Virus record (IMG/VR): IMGVR_UViG_3300017971_004765
Location: 1 to 59,764 of that record
Length of the DNA: 59,764 nucleotides
DNA from: a virus
Lineage: Duplodnaviria > Caudoviricetes
Direction: 5' to 3' (one strand)
The position numbers and the translations under genes are program-made. How positions within the stretch are numbered: position 1 is the first letter of the stretch; every line of letters starts with the position of its first letter. Shown in pieces: positions 38,087 through 47,269 of the stretch. The notes beneath the pieces were generated by a model. That model made no database searches and had not been told where the DNA came from. It worked only from the letters and a program-made list of their open reading frames with translations.

Positions 38087-39372
38087 CCCAATTTATCTTC
38101 GTATTTGTCCAAATACCCCTTCAGGGCAGGGAAGGCGCCCTCATCACCGATATACGCGCCGTCTATGTAAACAGCGTCTCCCAGGTGACCAATAGTCCTG
38201 GCAGCAACCAAGTTTTCGTTCCTGGGGGAGCTTTCTAGGTTCGCTATAGCAGTAAAGACGCCACCTTCTATCTTCTCTAGCGCCCAGCTATCAGTGAATA
38301 TCTGGCGCTCATAGGGTAGGGTATTAAGTGCATATCCATCCAAAACAGAAGGAACATTTACACCTGCAGCGTCCAAAATAGTTGGAACGATATCAACCAA
38401 GCTACAGAGACGCTTGGGGTGCTTGGAAACTGGGAAACCCTTGGTAATTAACGGTATTCTTATAGCTTCTTCGGATACGGATGGAGAATTACAGAAGTTT
38501 CCATTATGCTCCATCTCCCCGTGATCAGATGTAAGTATTATTTTTACCTCAGGATCATACTCTTCTAGTTTTACTATCAGGTTGGCGAGCTTGGAGCAAT
38601 CAAATAAGCTAACGCCTTCAACGTATAGCTTTACCATCTCCTCTAGCAATGAGTTATCTTCCTTAAGTTTCTCGCGCAGAGCAAAATCGAAAGCTCTAAA
38701 GTATGCCAGCTCTTGAAGAGCATATGGGAAGCTGTTATAACCACCTATCCTGTTTACTTCTTCTAGCGCTCTTTCCGATAAGTCAAACAAACTAATGTCG
38801 TGGCGATCACATATTCTCTTTATCCTTGGTATATATGAACCATTGTTTTGTGATATTCTATCTGCCCCACCAGTTTCATAATAATAAGGCTTATGAACAT
38901 CGAACAGGTGGAAAAAGAAAAAGTTGTTTTTCCCAACGATATTATTATCGAAAACATCTTCTATATACATATCTTCGTCGCCCTCAAGGGGCTCAAACAC
39001 GAGATTAAATCCACGAGTTATGCGCTGCGTCTCGAAAGTTGGATGCTCTACCCAGGCAATGTTGAAATATCCATTGCTACTAAGCATTTGCGGCAATGTC
39101 GGGTAACTCTTGGTCATCCCAGAAAAGAACGTAACCGTCTTGTGCTTATTCGGGTAAACCCCCGTCAACATAGATGCGTGCGAAGAAGGAGTATATGACG
39201 CGGGCGCATATGCGTTAGGAAAGAATTGTCCGTCCTCAGCCAGGAAATCCATAGTTGGAGTATACACCATATCTTTGGTTATGCCATACTTTTCTAGTTT
39301 AGATATATCGTTGAAACAAGATAAACAATCCAGGCGCAAATCATCCACAGAAATCAATACAATATTAGTCAC
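38077..39372 (-). CDS. Sulfatase-like (alkaline phosphatase superfamily) hydrolase/transferase
   Basis: ISVDDLRLD, YTPSSHASMLTG, HLFDVHKPY, TSDHGE; GTG start after SD GGAGGTG. Confidence 0.85.
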   Translation of the reverse strand: MTNIVLISVDDLRLDCLSCFNDISKLEKYGITKDMVYTPTMDFLAEDGQFFPNAYAPASYTPSSHASMLTGVYPNKHKTVTFFSGMTKSYPTLPQMLSSNGYFNIAWVEHPTFETQRITRGFNLVFEPLEGDEDMYIEDVFDNNIVGKNNFFFFHLFDVHKPYYYETGGADRISQNNGSYIPRIKRICDRHDISLFDLSERALEEVNRIGGYNSFPYALQELAYFRAFDFALREKLKEDNSLLEEMVKLYVEGVSLFDCSKLANLIVKLEEYDPEVKIILTSDHGEMEHNGNFCNSPSVSEEAIRIPLITKGFPVSKHPKRLCSLVDIVPTILDAAGVNVPSVLDGYALNTLPYERQIFTDSWALEKIEGGVFTAIANLESSPRNENLVAARTIGHLGDAVYIDGAYIGDEGAFPALKGYLDKYEDKLGWF

Positions 39373-40364
39373 CAGCGCACCTCCATAGGTTCCCAAAATT
39401 CCTCTATACCGTAATGCTCCTTAGCTGCCTGTTTCCATATCTTTGAATGCTCGTCCCACCAGTATTGATCGTCGCCAAACATAACGTACTCATAGAAAGC
39501 CTCCATTCTAGGGGCGACACTCTCGAAAGATAGGAACCAGGATGCCCAGCTGCGCGACTTCTCCTTCATAAGTTTGCAGAAGTCATCATTGGACGCGAGG
39601 GCACTAAGAACATTTCTCAAGTCTTCTTTATTGCCAACATTTATTATTGGGCACATAGGATTATGAACCCTGACTATTGGTTGAAGGCGGCACACAACAG
39701 CCATACCCATAGCGAGCGCCTCTTTGCTCGAGCCGCCAAAGTTACCAGCCTTGAACTTATCGAAATAAACGTCGCACTCTTTCTTTGCTTCTATGGCGGC
39801 GCTCGGAGGCTGATCCTCGATTATAGTTAGCTCAACATCATCCAGGGAATTACAAACCTCTATCAAAACGTCGGTGTCCTTGTAGTCCCTGCGAGAAGGA
39901 GTCTGGAGAACTTTCAGTGGGTGTCTTGGCTCGGGCCACTCAGGATAAGGAATACTCATAGCGTTAATATCAAATGGAATAGGGATATAATGGAACCTTG
40001 GGACAAAGCGACCAAGTTCTGGGACAGTTATAATTGGAATCTTGTATTTGGCTTGATAATTCCAGAAACCCCTGGACAGCATTCTAAGAAATCCGCCCCT
40101 AAACTCGAGGACAAAATTTGGGTGCTTATCTAAACCAAACTGAGTAGGGAAAGTGTCGCTCTGGTGGATAACATCTGCCCACTCTATGGCTTCCTCTGGA
40201 GGCTTAGCATTATTTGTGTCTTTTCTTGCTTCAGACATATCATAGTTGCTCATACCATTCAGAGACCAGCACTTGGCATTACTATTCGTACACTTGTTTA
40301 TAGCCTGGGCGCGGAACCAGTTGCCGCTGCCCATATCTGTCCAAGAAACATATAATATATTCAT
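39369..40364 (-). CDS. GT-B-fold glycosyltransferase-like protein (paralog of 34681-35697)
   Basis: MNILYVSWTDMGSGNW...QTPSRRDYKDT...EALAMG. Confidence 0.7.
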   Translation of the reverse strand: MNILYVSWTDMGSGNWFRAQAINKCTNSNAKCWSLNGMSNYDMSEARKDTNNAKPPEEAIEWADVIHQSDTFPTQFGLDKHPNFVLEFRGGFLRMLSRGFWNYQAKYKIPIITVPELGRFVPRFHYIPIPFDINAMSIPYPEWPEPRHPLKVLQTPSRRDYKDTDVLIEVCNSLDDVELTIIEDQPPSAAIEAKKECDVYFDKFKAGNFGGSSKEALAMGMAVVCRLQPIVRVHNPMCPIINVGNKEDLRNVLSALASNDDFCKLMKEKSRSWASWFLSFESVAPRMEAFYEYVMFGDDQYWWDEHSKIWKQAAKEHYGIEEFWEPMEVRW

Positions 40365-40966
40365 TTCTTCACATACCTGATACACTCGAAGCCTTCTGCG
40401 TACTCTACGCCAACCTTCCAGCCAACGTGCTCTGCCAGACCCCTTATCTTCTCGGGCTTAATGTATAGCCTGCCCCCCTGACTGGCATACGAATCCAGGG
40501 CCTCAATCTTTTTATCTAATGCAGTGGACCTAATGGGGATAAATACATCATATGGCTCTACGCGGCAATTCCAGGGTTGTATGTAACCAAAAACACTGCA
40601 AGACTTGAAAACCTTTATTGCTTCCCTGTACACGGCATTATGGTCCTGGTGCATATCTTCTGAGCAGGGCACATATACTGCCTCTATACCTGGGAGCTTG
40701 AAACGGATCTTCAACTGTTCCATAATTACGCGAATTTTTTCTCCATCAGAATCCATATGCTTATTGGTTAAATCATACTTGAATCTTAACCATTTACATA
40801 CATTCAAGATATCCAGGGAAGAATTCCACTCGTTCTCGAGATTTTCGCTAACGTCGGGGCACATAGAGAAAGTAACCACGGCTGCCTCGTCATCCCTCAG
40901 AGTAGACAGATAGCCGCCGCAGCCCAGCTCAACGTCGTCTGGGTGCGCCCCGAAGAAGAGGATCAA
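40361..40966 (-). CDS. PIG-L family deacetylase
   Basis: GAHPDDVELGCGG, HQDH, YASQ. Confidence 0.9.
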   Translation of the reverse strand: MILFFGAHPDDVELGCGGYLSTLRDDEAAVVTFSMCPDVSENLENEWNSSLDILNVCKWLRFKYDLTNKHMDSDGEKIRVIMEQLKIRFKLPGIEAVYVPCSEDMHQDHNAVYREAIKVFKSCSVFGYIQPWNCRVEPYDVFIPIRSTALDKKIEALDSYASQGGRLYIKPEKIRGLAEHVGWKVGVEYAEGFECIRYVKK

Positions 40967-41937
40967 GACAGAGCGTCCTCCAGAACGTTGCAGACATATC
41001 TAATCTCTCCCTCGTCAAGACCAATATAGAAAGGCAGCGTAACAAAATTATAATCAGTAAACTCTGCCCACGGATCAATATAATCCTCGTAGTTAGCCAT
41101 CTTGTGCAAGCGGCTGGTCCCCTGGCAACACTCTACGCCACGAATCTTAAGATTATCTAAAATATCACTTACATCTAAAGAAGACCCAGGAACCATAACA
41201 ACAAATGACTGGTAATTGTAATCATAGTTGACATCTCTTCCTTCCTGACCCCACACGGATACACCATCTGGAAGATACCTATTGTACTTGTGTGCTAAGT
41301 AATGCCTCCTAGAAAGTATAAAATCAAACTTATTTAGCTGAACAATACCAATGGCAGCCTGGATGTCTGACAACCTAAAGTTGTATCCAAAGTCGAAACC
41401 CGTGCGCTTGCCATGATAGATAATGTTCCTGGCCCTATCGTATAGCCTCTTATTGTTGGTGCACAGGCAGCCCCCTTCGCCAGTGCTAACTGGCTTGCGG
41501 GCGTGGAAAGAATAACAGGCGATCTCTGGTGGTACACTAGTATCAGCCACGCTGCCCAGCGAGCAGGCGCAATCCCCGATGGGCCACTCCCTGTCGCCAA
41601 CCTTGAGCCCTAGCACATCGACCCCCATATCGAAGTCGCGATCAGTTATCAGTGGCTCGTAACCGGCTGCCAGCACCTGAGTGAGCGTGGCGGGGAACGT
41701 TATATGTGGGATCCTTATGGTGTCCTTGTCCCAGAACGGATAGGTATGAAGAGCAGCTAGCAATGCAGTAGAACAGGATGACGTAGCAACCCCATAATCG
41801 TATCCCTCAATCTTGGCGACCATCTCGGCAAACTCGTCGGCCTTCTCGCCGCCAGCTACCCAGCCAGAGTCCAAAACATCACCAACAGCATCCAAAGTTC
41901 CCGGAGGGAAATATGGCTTACACATACGAACATTCAT
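40963..41937 (-). CDS. DegT/DnrJ/EryC1/StrS sugar aminotransferase
   Basis: SFHARKPVSTGEGG, GYNFRLSDIQAAIG. Confidence 0.92.
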   Translation of the reverse strand: MNVRMCKPYFPPGTLDAVGDVLDSGWVAGGEKADEFAEMVAKIEGYDYGVATSSCSTALLAALHTYPFWDKDTIRIPHITFPATLTQVLAAGYEPLITDRDFDMGVDVLGLKVGDREWPIGDCACSLGSVADTSVPPEIACYSFHARKPVSTGEGGCLCTNNKRLYDRARNIIYHGKRTGFDFGYNFRLSDIQAAIGIVQLNKFDFILSRRHYLAHKYNRYLPDGVSVWGQEGRDVNYDYNYQSFVVMVPGSSLDVSDILDNLKIRGVECCQGTSRLHKMANYEDYIDPWAEFTDYNFVTLPFYIGLDEGEIRYVCNVLEDALS

Positions 41938-42099
41938 CTATATACCTCAAAAACTTTCTTCCAACCCGGCTCCAATACCTCGTTGCATCTCTTACAAAAT
42001 CTAACCCTATGCACAACGCAACTATTAGGAAAACTAACTTCCTTTGTTACGCAACCAGGGTGACCAAATACTCTGCACCGAAAATTGTTATATTTATTC

Positions 42100-42954
42100 C
42101 TAACAGACGTTAATAGATTCCCACCAAAGAGTCCAGTCAACTGTTTCCTCAAGTCTAGAGATAAACTCATTGTCGATGTCTCTAAATCTATCCTCGTCGG
42201 AGATATCAGGAATCTTATTTCTCTCCTTGTCAATTACTATTTCACCATCTATTCCCAAGGATCTGACAAGCTCTATTAAGTCTTCAGTGGATACAGACCA
42301 TACCTTTCTTATGGTAGGCACATCCGAAACACAATTAATAGACGCCCTAGCCACATCCTTAACGTACTCAAAATTAAGGGTTGTATGCCCGCTATACACA
42401 GTAAATGGGTTACCATTAATCCAATTGTGCAGCAGCATAGGAAGAAACGCTTTATACTGAGGGGCAGGCTGCCTGGGACCAAACATATTCCAGGGTTTCA
42501 TAATGGATATATTTAGCCCTTTAGAAATAGCGCCCGCGCAAGCCATATCGCATGCGGCTTTCAGGGCGCCATAAGAATTCTCGTATGGAACGTTAGCCTT
42601 GGCGGAAGATATTTGCACCATCTTGTCGAAAGTCTTGATCTCCATTTCCCTTATGAGCGTGAGAACCTCACCCGTGGCTTCCTTGAAAGCATCAACGTAA
42701 GAAGGAGTGCGCACCCAGGCGCAATTAATTACGCCGTCATAGCCCCCATATGAGAACCCGTCTATGTCAGAAATATATACCCCAGGGTTGCCCTCCCATA
42801 TCGTAGGGGAATCGGAGCCCTCCTTCTCTATATCCCACCATAGTTGCCCAGTAACCAGCAACGAAACAACATCAACGTCTATGTTTTGTTTCAGCGCCTC
42901 CTCGCAAATAGCCGAACCAAGGAAGCCGCAGCCGCCAATAACACAAATCTTCAA
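42100..42954 (-). CDS. NAD-dependent epimerase/dehydratase
   Basis: KICVIGGCGFLGS, YGALK, NMFGP; probable TTG start. Confidence 0.88.
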   Translation of the reverse strand: MKICVIGGCGFLGSAICEEALKQNIDVDVVSLLVTGQLWWDIEKEGSDSPTIWEGNPGVYISDIDGFSYGGYDGVINCAWVRTPSYVDAFKEATGEVLTLIREMEIKTFDKMVQISSAKANVPYENSYGALKAACDMACAGAISKGLNISIMKPWNMFGPRQPAPQYKAFLPMLLHNWINGNPFTVYSGHTTLNFEYVKDVARASINCVSDVPTIRKVWSVSTEDLIELVRSLGIDGEIVIDKERNKIPDISDEDRFRDIDNEFISRLEETVDWTLWWESINVC

Positions 42955-42955
42955 A

Positions 42956-43318
42956 CTAATCCTTCCATACCCAGCTATTAGGCGCCAGATTAGTGCCATC
43001 CTTTATAACCACATTCGGATCAATAACACTGTTGGCGCCAATAACCACGTCACTTCCTATAACTACATCTCCAGTCACAACATCATAATCAGGGCTGCCG
43101 TCGGGCTTGCCCCTAATCGTCTTGACAACCCTAGTGCGGATCATAACTCCCTCTTCTATAATAGATCTGTCGCCAATATCTATGTTGCCAGAGCTGGCAT
43201 CCAGCAAAGAAAATGGCGAAACAACTACCTCTTTGCCAACAATTATATTTTCATTTCCGACCAGTATGCGGTCGCCATCGTCCTTTCCCAAAAGAATATT
43301 TCCCTTCAAAATAGGCAA
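42956..43318 (-). CDS. Hexapeptide-repeat acyltransferase-like protein
   Basis: IDIGDRSIIEEGV...VVIGSDVVIGANSVI. Confidence 0.75.
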   Translation of the reverse strand: MPILKGNILLGKDDGDRILVGNENIIVGKEVVVSPFSLLDASSGNIDIGDRSIIEEGVMIRTRVVKTIRGKPDGSPDYDVVTGDVVIGSDVVIGANSVIDPNVVIKDGTNLAPNSWVWKD

Positions 43319-43329
43319 AAAAACACCTC

Positions 43330-44352
43330 TTATATACCCAAGTAATATGACTGAAATACCCGCTGCAAAGTGGATCCTATTGGCGGCGGCGGGAACCTCT
43401 TCTCGTTTACTACTTCTCCCTCAGCTAACCTGACAGCCAAATATGGAACAGAGTAATCATTGGAAGCCACGAAAGACGAGATCCTTGGGTTAACCTCTAT
43501 CAAGTGATCGTCTATGAATTGTATGTTCACCCAGTAATTAAAGCCATATTCCTTGCAGATATGCTTAGCCATAGCCAGATTAGATGGATGCCTAACAACG
43601 CTAGCCATAGTGCAAACGTGGTCGCGCTTATCCTTAACGTGCAACACCTGGGACCATAGAACCTCGCCATCCTTGCACAAGCAATTAACGAAATACTCGT
43701 TACCAGTGTAATAGGGCATAACTACCCACTTCTTGCTGGAATCGTTAAACCACTTAGAAGCAGTAAACATATTCAGGAAGCGCGGATATGACACATAAAG
43801 AAACCCTGGTTTAAACTCGTTCCTAGCTATGAAATCATCTATCTTTTTAATAATGAATACCCCTCGGGTGCCCCTACCCCCGAGAGGTTTGACAACAAGA
43901 CCCCTCTTATCTACTCCCATCTGGTTCAATCGGAGCAGCATAGATTGCCCCGTCGCAACCTTGTATGGGATGCCAAACCTGTCGTATAGGGCAGCCTTGT
44001 TGGAAGCCTCCAGTATGACATCGGGGCTGGAGGCGAGTACCTTGTTTACCCCATCTCGAGAACCATTCAAGACCTTGGACTTTTGTAGCTTGGCGGCATC
44101 CATAGAGTTAAGAGGGAAGATCCACTTACAGGACTTAGCCGTGGCTTGAACAATAGAAATATATTTAGAATCAGAAACCTCTGGAACCACAACAAACCTG
44201 TCGTACAACCACCTATTGTTAGCCCAATCGTTGGAGTCGGTGCCAACGAGAAAAACAGAGGGATGAAACTTCTTTATGTCGTGGGCAATGGCTTCCCCAT
44301 TTGGTGCCCCACAGAATGGAATCATAATTCTCGTATCAGGAATAAACGACAC
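43330..44352 (-). CDS. ATP-grasp ligase
   Basis: VVKPLGGRGTRGV...GNEY...NIQF...IEVNPRIS. Confidence 0.88.
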   Translation of the reverse strand: MSFIPDTRIMIPFCGAPNGEAIAHDIKKFHPSVFLVGTDSNDWANNRWLYDRFVVVPEVSDSKYISIVQATAKSCKWIFPLNSMDAAKLQKSKVLNGSRDGVNKVLASSPDVILEASNKAALYDRFGIPYKVATGQSMLLRLNQMGVDKRGLVVKPLGGRGTRGVFIIKKIDDFIARNEFKPGFLYVSYPRFLNMFTASKWFNDSSKKWVVMPYYTGNEYFVNCLCKDGEVLWSQVLHVKDKRDHVCTMASVVRHPSNLAMAKHICKEYGFNYWVNIQFIDDHLIEVNPRISSFVASNDYSVPYLAVRLAEGEVVNEKRFPPPPIGSTLQRVFQSYYLGI

Positions 44353-44375
44353 CTATAAGTATATATACGTCATCC

Positions 44376-44390
44376 TTTATAAACCTTTCG
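44376..44390 (-). promoter_or_regulatory. BRE-TATA promoter for the glycan island
   Basis: CGAAAGGTTTATAAA just after the terL stop. Confidence 0.65.
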
Positions 44391-44393
44391 GTT

Positions 44394-45812
44394 TTATCGG
44401 GCTTGAATATCAACAATTCTGCCAGAAAAGTTATGAAACTCGGTCCCAAGATCATTCCTGGTCGGCAAAACGCCCCCCTTACCGAAAGGCGTGATCTCCC
44501 ATATGTCATCTGGAGCAACCCTGGCGCTAGGCGACTGGCTGATGCCCCAGGCTGCCAGTGCCAACGATATGACGCAATCGTCGTGCTGCCCCTTCGGAGC
44601 TTCGTAAGTAACATTGCCAGCGTCCGTAACAGAATACTCGAACATCTCGAGTTCGCGCAATACCTCCATAAGAACGTTATCCGTGCTCCAGGGTGGCACG
44701 CTTATCATTTCCCTCTCTATGCACATAGCCAAATTGTCTATCAGAGGGATCTTTGTGGTCCTGCTAATCTTGTATGGATATATATTCGTGCCCATACGAA
44801 CCAAGATATCGAACAGCGGGTCGCCAGCACCTGTGGCATCCAGCCACACCTCGGCGCCATTCCAATCCTGGGCAAGCTCTGCTATATGGTTTATCTGCCT
44901 AGCCCAATCCATCTTATTAAAACGCTCTATGTATGCAACCCTGCCAGTTTGTTTCTCCATAACCACTATAACTGTGAAATCTATTTGCTTGCCAACGTCC
45001 ACGCCCATAATGTATTGCTTACCCTCCATCGGGGTATTAGAGATCCTGAGTTTGGGATTAATTATTTCGTCTAGACCCTGGAAAACCTCTCCGCCGCCAG
45101 ATATAAATTCAGCTAGCCATTCCTGCCTGAAAACCCTATCTGGATCGTTCTTCCTGTGATACTCGAACTCCTCTTCTGGGACATAAGGCGAAACGTCGCT
45201 AGAGAAAGTCCAAGACTTGTAATACTTGTCACTGGGATCTTGCCCCTTCAAGAATGCTTGATAAAACCAGTTCTTTCCGAAAGGTGTAGAAATAATTGCC
45301 GCCCATCCAAGTTTTGTAGCGAGGCGGGGCTGTATATACTGGCTCCATATCTCTTCATTTATTCTGGAACCCTCATCCAGAACTACCCAATCCAATGTTT
45401 CTCCAAGGAGCTGATCTGGCTCCACGCACGACTTACCAACAACTTCGGATCCATTATCCAGGCGGATGAACTTAGTATGCTCGCTTTGTTTATCAACATA
45501 TGGCTTAATAATTGGGGTGTTTACAAGCCTGTAAACCTCCCTAAAAACCTTCTCAGAGAGCGTATATGTCTGTCCTATAATCCACCCACGCGTATCAGGG
45601 AGGCACACCAGCGCCGCTAGAGCCTCGTGCGCGGCTGCATAAGTCTTCCCAGATCTTACGCCACAACAGAGGATACGAAATCGGTGGGTATCAAGATGAA
45701 ACGGAATCTGTGCTGGATGGGGCTCGTACCCCACCATCCTGAACACTTTCCACTTCATCTCCCTCGGAACGTGGGGCGCCGACTTCGGGGCTTTCTTCTT
45801 CGCTTTCGTCAT
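44394..45812 (-). CDS. terL: Terminase large subunit
   Basis: Walker A GVRSGKT, Walker B VVLDE, STP, nuclease GVDVG...HDDCV. Confidence 0.93.
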   Translation of the reverse strand: MTKAKKKAPKSAPHVPREMKWKVFRMVGYEPHPAQIPFHLDTHRFRILCCGVRSGKTYAAAHEALAALVCLPDTRGWIIGQTYTLSEKVFREVYRLVNTPIIKPYVDKQSEHTKFIRLDNGSEVVGKSCVEPDQLLGETLDWVVLDEGSRINEEIWSQYIQPRLATKLGWAAIISTPFGKNWFYQAFLKGQDPSDKYYKSWTFSSDVSPYVPEEEFEYHRKNDPDRVFRQEWLAEFISGGGEVFQGLDEIINPKLRISNTPMEGKQYIMGVDVGKQIDFTVIVVMEKQTGRVAYIERFNKMDWARQINHIAELAQDWNGAEVWLDATGAGDPLFDILVRMGTNIYPYKISRTTKIPLIDNLAMCIEREMISVPPWSTDNVLMEVLRELEMFEYSVTDAGNVTYEAPKGQHDDCVISLALAAWGISQSPSARVAPDDIWEITPFGKGGVLPTRNDLGTEFHNFSGRIVDIQAR

Positions 45813-46374
45813 CTTTATTTACCTCGTATGTAGCTTCTATGGTATTTGGATCTGGTATATCGGGCGTGGGCTGATTAGATATAACATCTTTTAGGGTTGT
45901 ATGCGCCTGCAAAGACAGGGTTGGAGTAATAATCTTCACAACTCCCAAATCAATATCAGCCATACCCTTGAGCGCCATAACTTGCTCCTTGCTCCCAGGT
46001 TCGGCGGACTCATAAGTATCATACATAAGCTTCTTTGTCTGCCTAAGAGAATCCATAAGCTCGCGGCGAACAATCTCATAGTTCTCTGGATGATTAGCAT
46101 ACCATTCTCGTATGGCGTGCCTGTCGCTATTCAAAGTTGTGGTTTTAACATCTATACCTTGTTTAGCCAACTCAGTCTTTATCTGTCTGTTGGTCATGCC
46201 GCGAATGCCCAACTCGTACACAATGGAGCGCCTATGTTCAATAGCCATCTTCTGCTTTGGAGACATCGCCCTTTTCTTCTTTCTCTTGTATGGAACCTTC
46301 TTGTCCCTTACCTGTCTCATAGCTATTTCCATTTTTTCTTCTTCGGTGAGATCTATGATACTGTCCTTACCCAT
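45691..46374 (-). CDS. Terminase small subunit (putative)
   Basis: HTH-like GMTNRQIKTEL followed by helical region, directly upstream of terL. Confidence 0.6.
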   Translation of the reverse strand: MGKDSIIDLTEEEKMEIAMRQVRDKKVPYKRKKKRAMSPKQKMAIEHRRSIVYELGIRGMTNRQIKTELAKQGIDVKTTTLNSDRHAIREWYANHPENYEIVRRELMDSLRQTKKLMYDTYESAEPGSKEQVMALKGMADIDLGVVKIITPTLSLQAHTTLKDVISNQPTPDIPDPNTIEATYEVNKDDESEEESPEVGAPRSEGDEVESVQDGGVRAPSSTDSVSS

Positions 46375-46537
46375 TACGATTTGCCCCCAGGGAGCTGGAT
46401 TTAATTAGCAAAGCTATAACTGAACCATAGTCAGGGCAGCCCTCTACAAACTTTATGTGTTTTATCTGGTTATATGTGCCCTCGGTTACGGTTATGTGCC
46501 GTGTCTTCTTCTCCGAGAGCGGCTTCTTTGGGCGCAT
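46367..46537 (-). CDS. Small RHH-type DNA-binding protein
   Basis: Hand-translated MRPKKPLSEKKTRHITVTEGTYNQIKHIK...DYGSVIALLI. Confidence 0.55.
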   Translation of the reverse strand: MRPKKPLSEKKTRHITVTEGTYNQIKHIKFVEGCPDYGSVIALLIKSSSLGANRNG

Positions 46538-46589
46538 AGAAAAGAATAAGTCGCGTGACTTAAAAAGATTTCTATTAATTAATTAAAAT

Positions 46590-46878
46590 TGCAGATCCAC
46601 TGGCGCAGAGGGGGTATGCTTCTAGAAAGCCCCCGGACGAGTCTGCTGCGGTCACGCGCGATAGGCCCGCTGTATGCGGTGGGAGTCGAACCCACAAGCC
46701 ACCAGAGACCGCTTCGGACTCCATCTGTTTCGCCGGATTCCTTTGAATATTCTTCCCGAGGGGCGGGACTCGCTGGTTAGGCTGTCCCGAATTCCCGATG
46801 CCTCGGGTTCTCCCCTCGGGGCGGGTACCACCCGCGCATATTATTTACGCACCATTGACCAACTCGAGGCCAATGGGC
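46590..46878 (-). ncRNA. Unknown structured ncRNA with tRNA-like domain (46673-46840)
   Basis: Own promoter; no credible ORF; TATGCG/CGCATA stem, GGG-TGGTA-CCC hairpin, T-arm GTGGG-TTCGACT-CCCAC; T-rich 3' end. Confidence 0.7.
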
Positions 46879-46900
46879 ACATATACTATGTACTTCATCA

Positions 46901-46915
46901 CTTATAAATGTTTCG
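46901..46915 (-). promoter_or_regulatory. BRE-TATA promoter of the ncRNA
   Basis: CGAAACATTTATAAG. Confidence 0.8.
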
Positions 46916-46919
46916 TTTT

Positions 46920-47033
46920 TTAGCGGCGATTACTGCCTCTTCCAGTGCTACGCGTAGTCTTACATCCGCCTCGACCACGATTAGCCCTCTGGCCCTTGCC
47001 GCTGCCGTCGCGCTTGGGGACTCCCTTAGCCAT
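46920..47033 (-). CDS. Small basic DUF5320-like peptide
   Basis: MAKGVPKRDGSGKGQRANRGRGGC. Confidence 0.5.
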   Translation of the reverse strand: MAKGVPKRDGSGKGQRANRGRGGCKTTRSTGRGSNRR

Positions 47034-47223
47034 AGAAGCCACGCCCCCTAGCAAAGCGCCCCCTGCCGCGACCAAAGCCGCGCCCGCGCCTGCGACCCAT
47101 ACCCCTGCCATATACAGGGATATTTTCTGGGGCAACAAACGGAGTGTCAAGCCTATACAGACCAAGACCGCGCCCCGTCAATGGGCCGCCGCCATCTGGT
47201 CCCGTACCATCAAATCCTGGCAT
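47026..47223 (-). CDS. DUF5320-family Gly/Arg-rich protein
   Basis: MPGFDGTGPDGGGPLTGRGLG...GRGMGRRRGRGFG; SD GGAGGTG; promoter at 47271-47284. Confidence 0.75.
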   Translation of the reverse strand: MPGFDGTGPDGGGPLTGRGLGLYRLDTPFVAPENIPVYGRGMGRRRGRGFGRGRGRFARGRGFYG

Positions 47224-47269
47224 TGAGCAACACCTCCTTAATGTACATATGAATAATAGTCGCCCGTCA

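Noticed and set aside
46673-46840. Canonical tRNA gene
   Set aside because: 168 nt between the acceptor strands, no 7-nt anticodon loop on a 5-bp stem, and no clear bulge-helix-bulge intron by eye; kept as tRNA-like ncRNA
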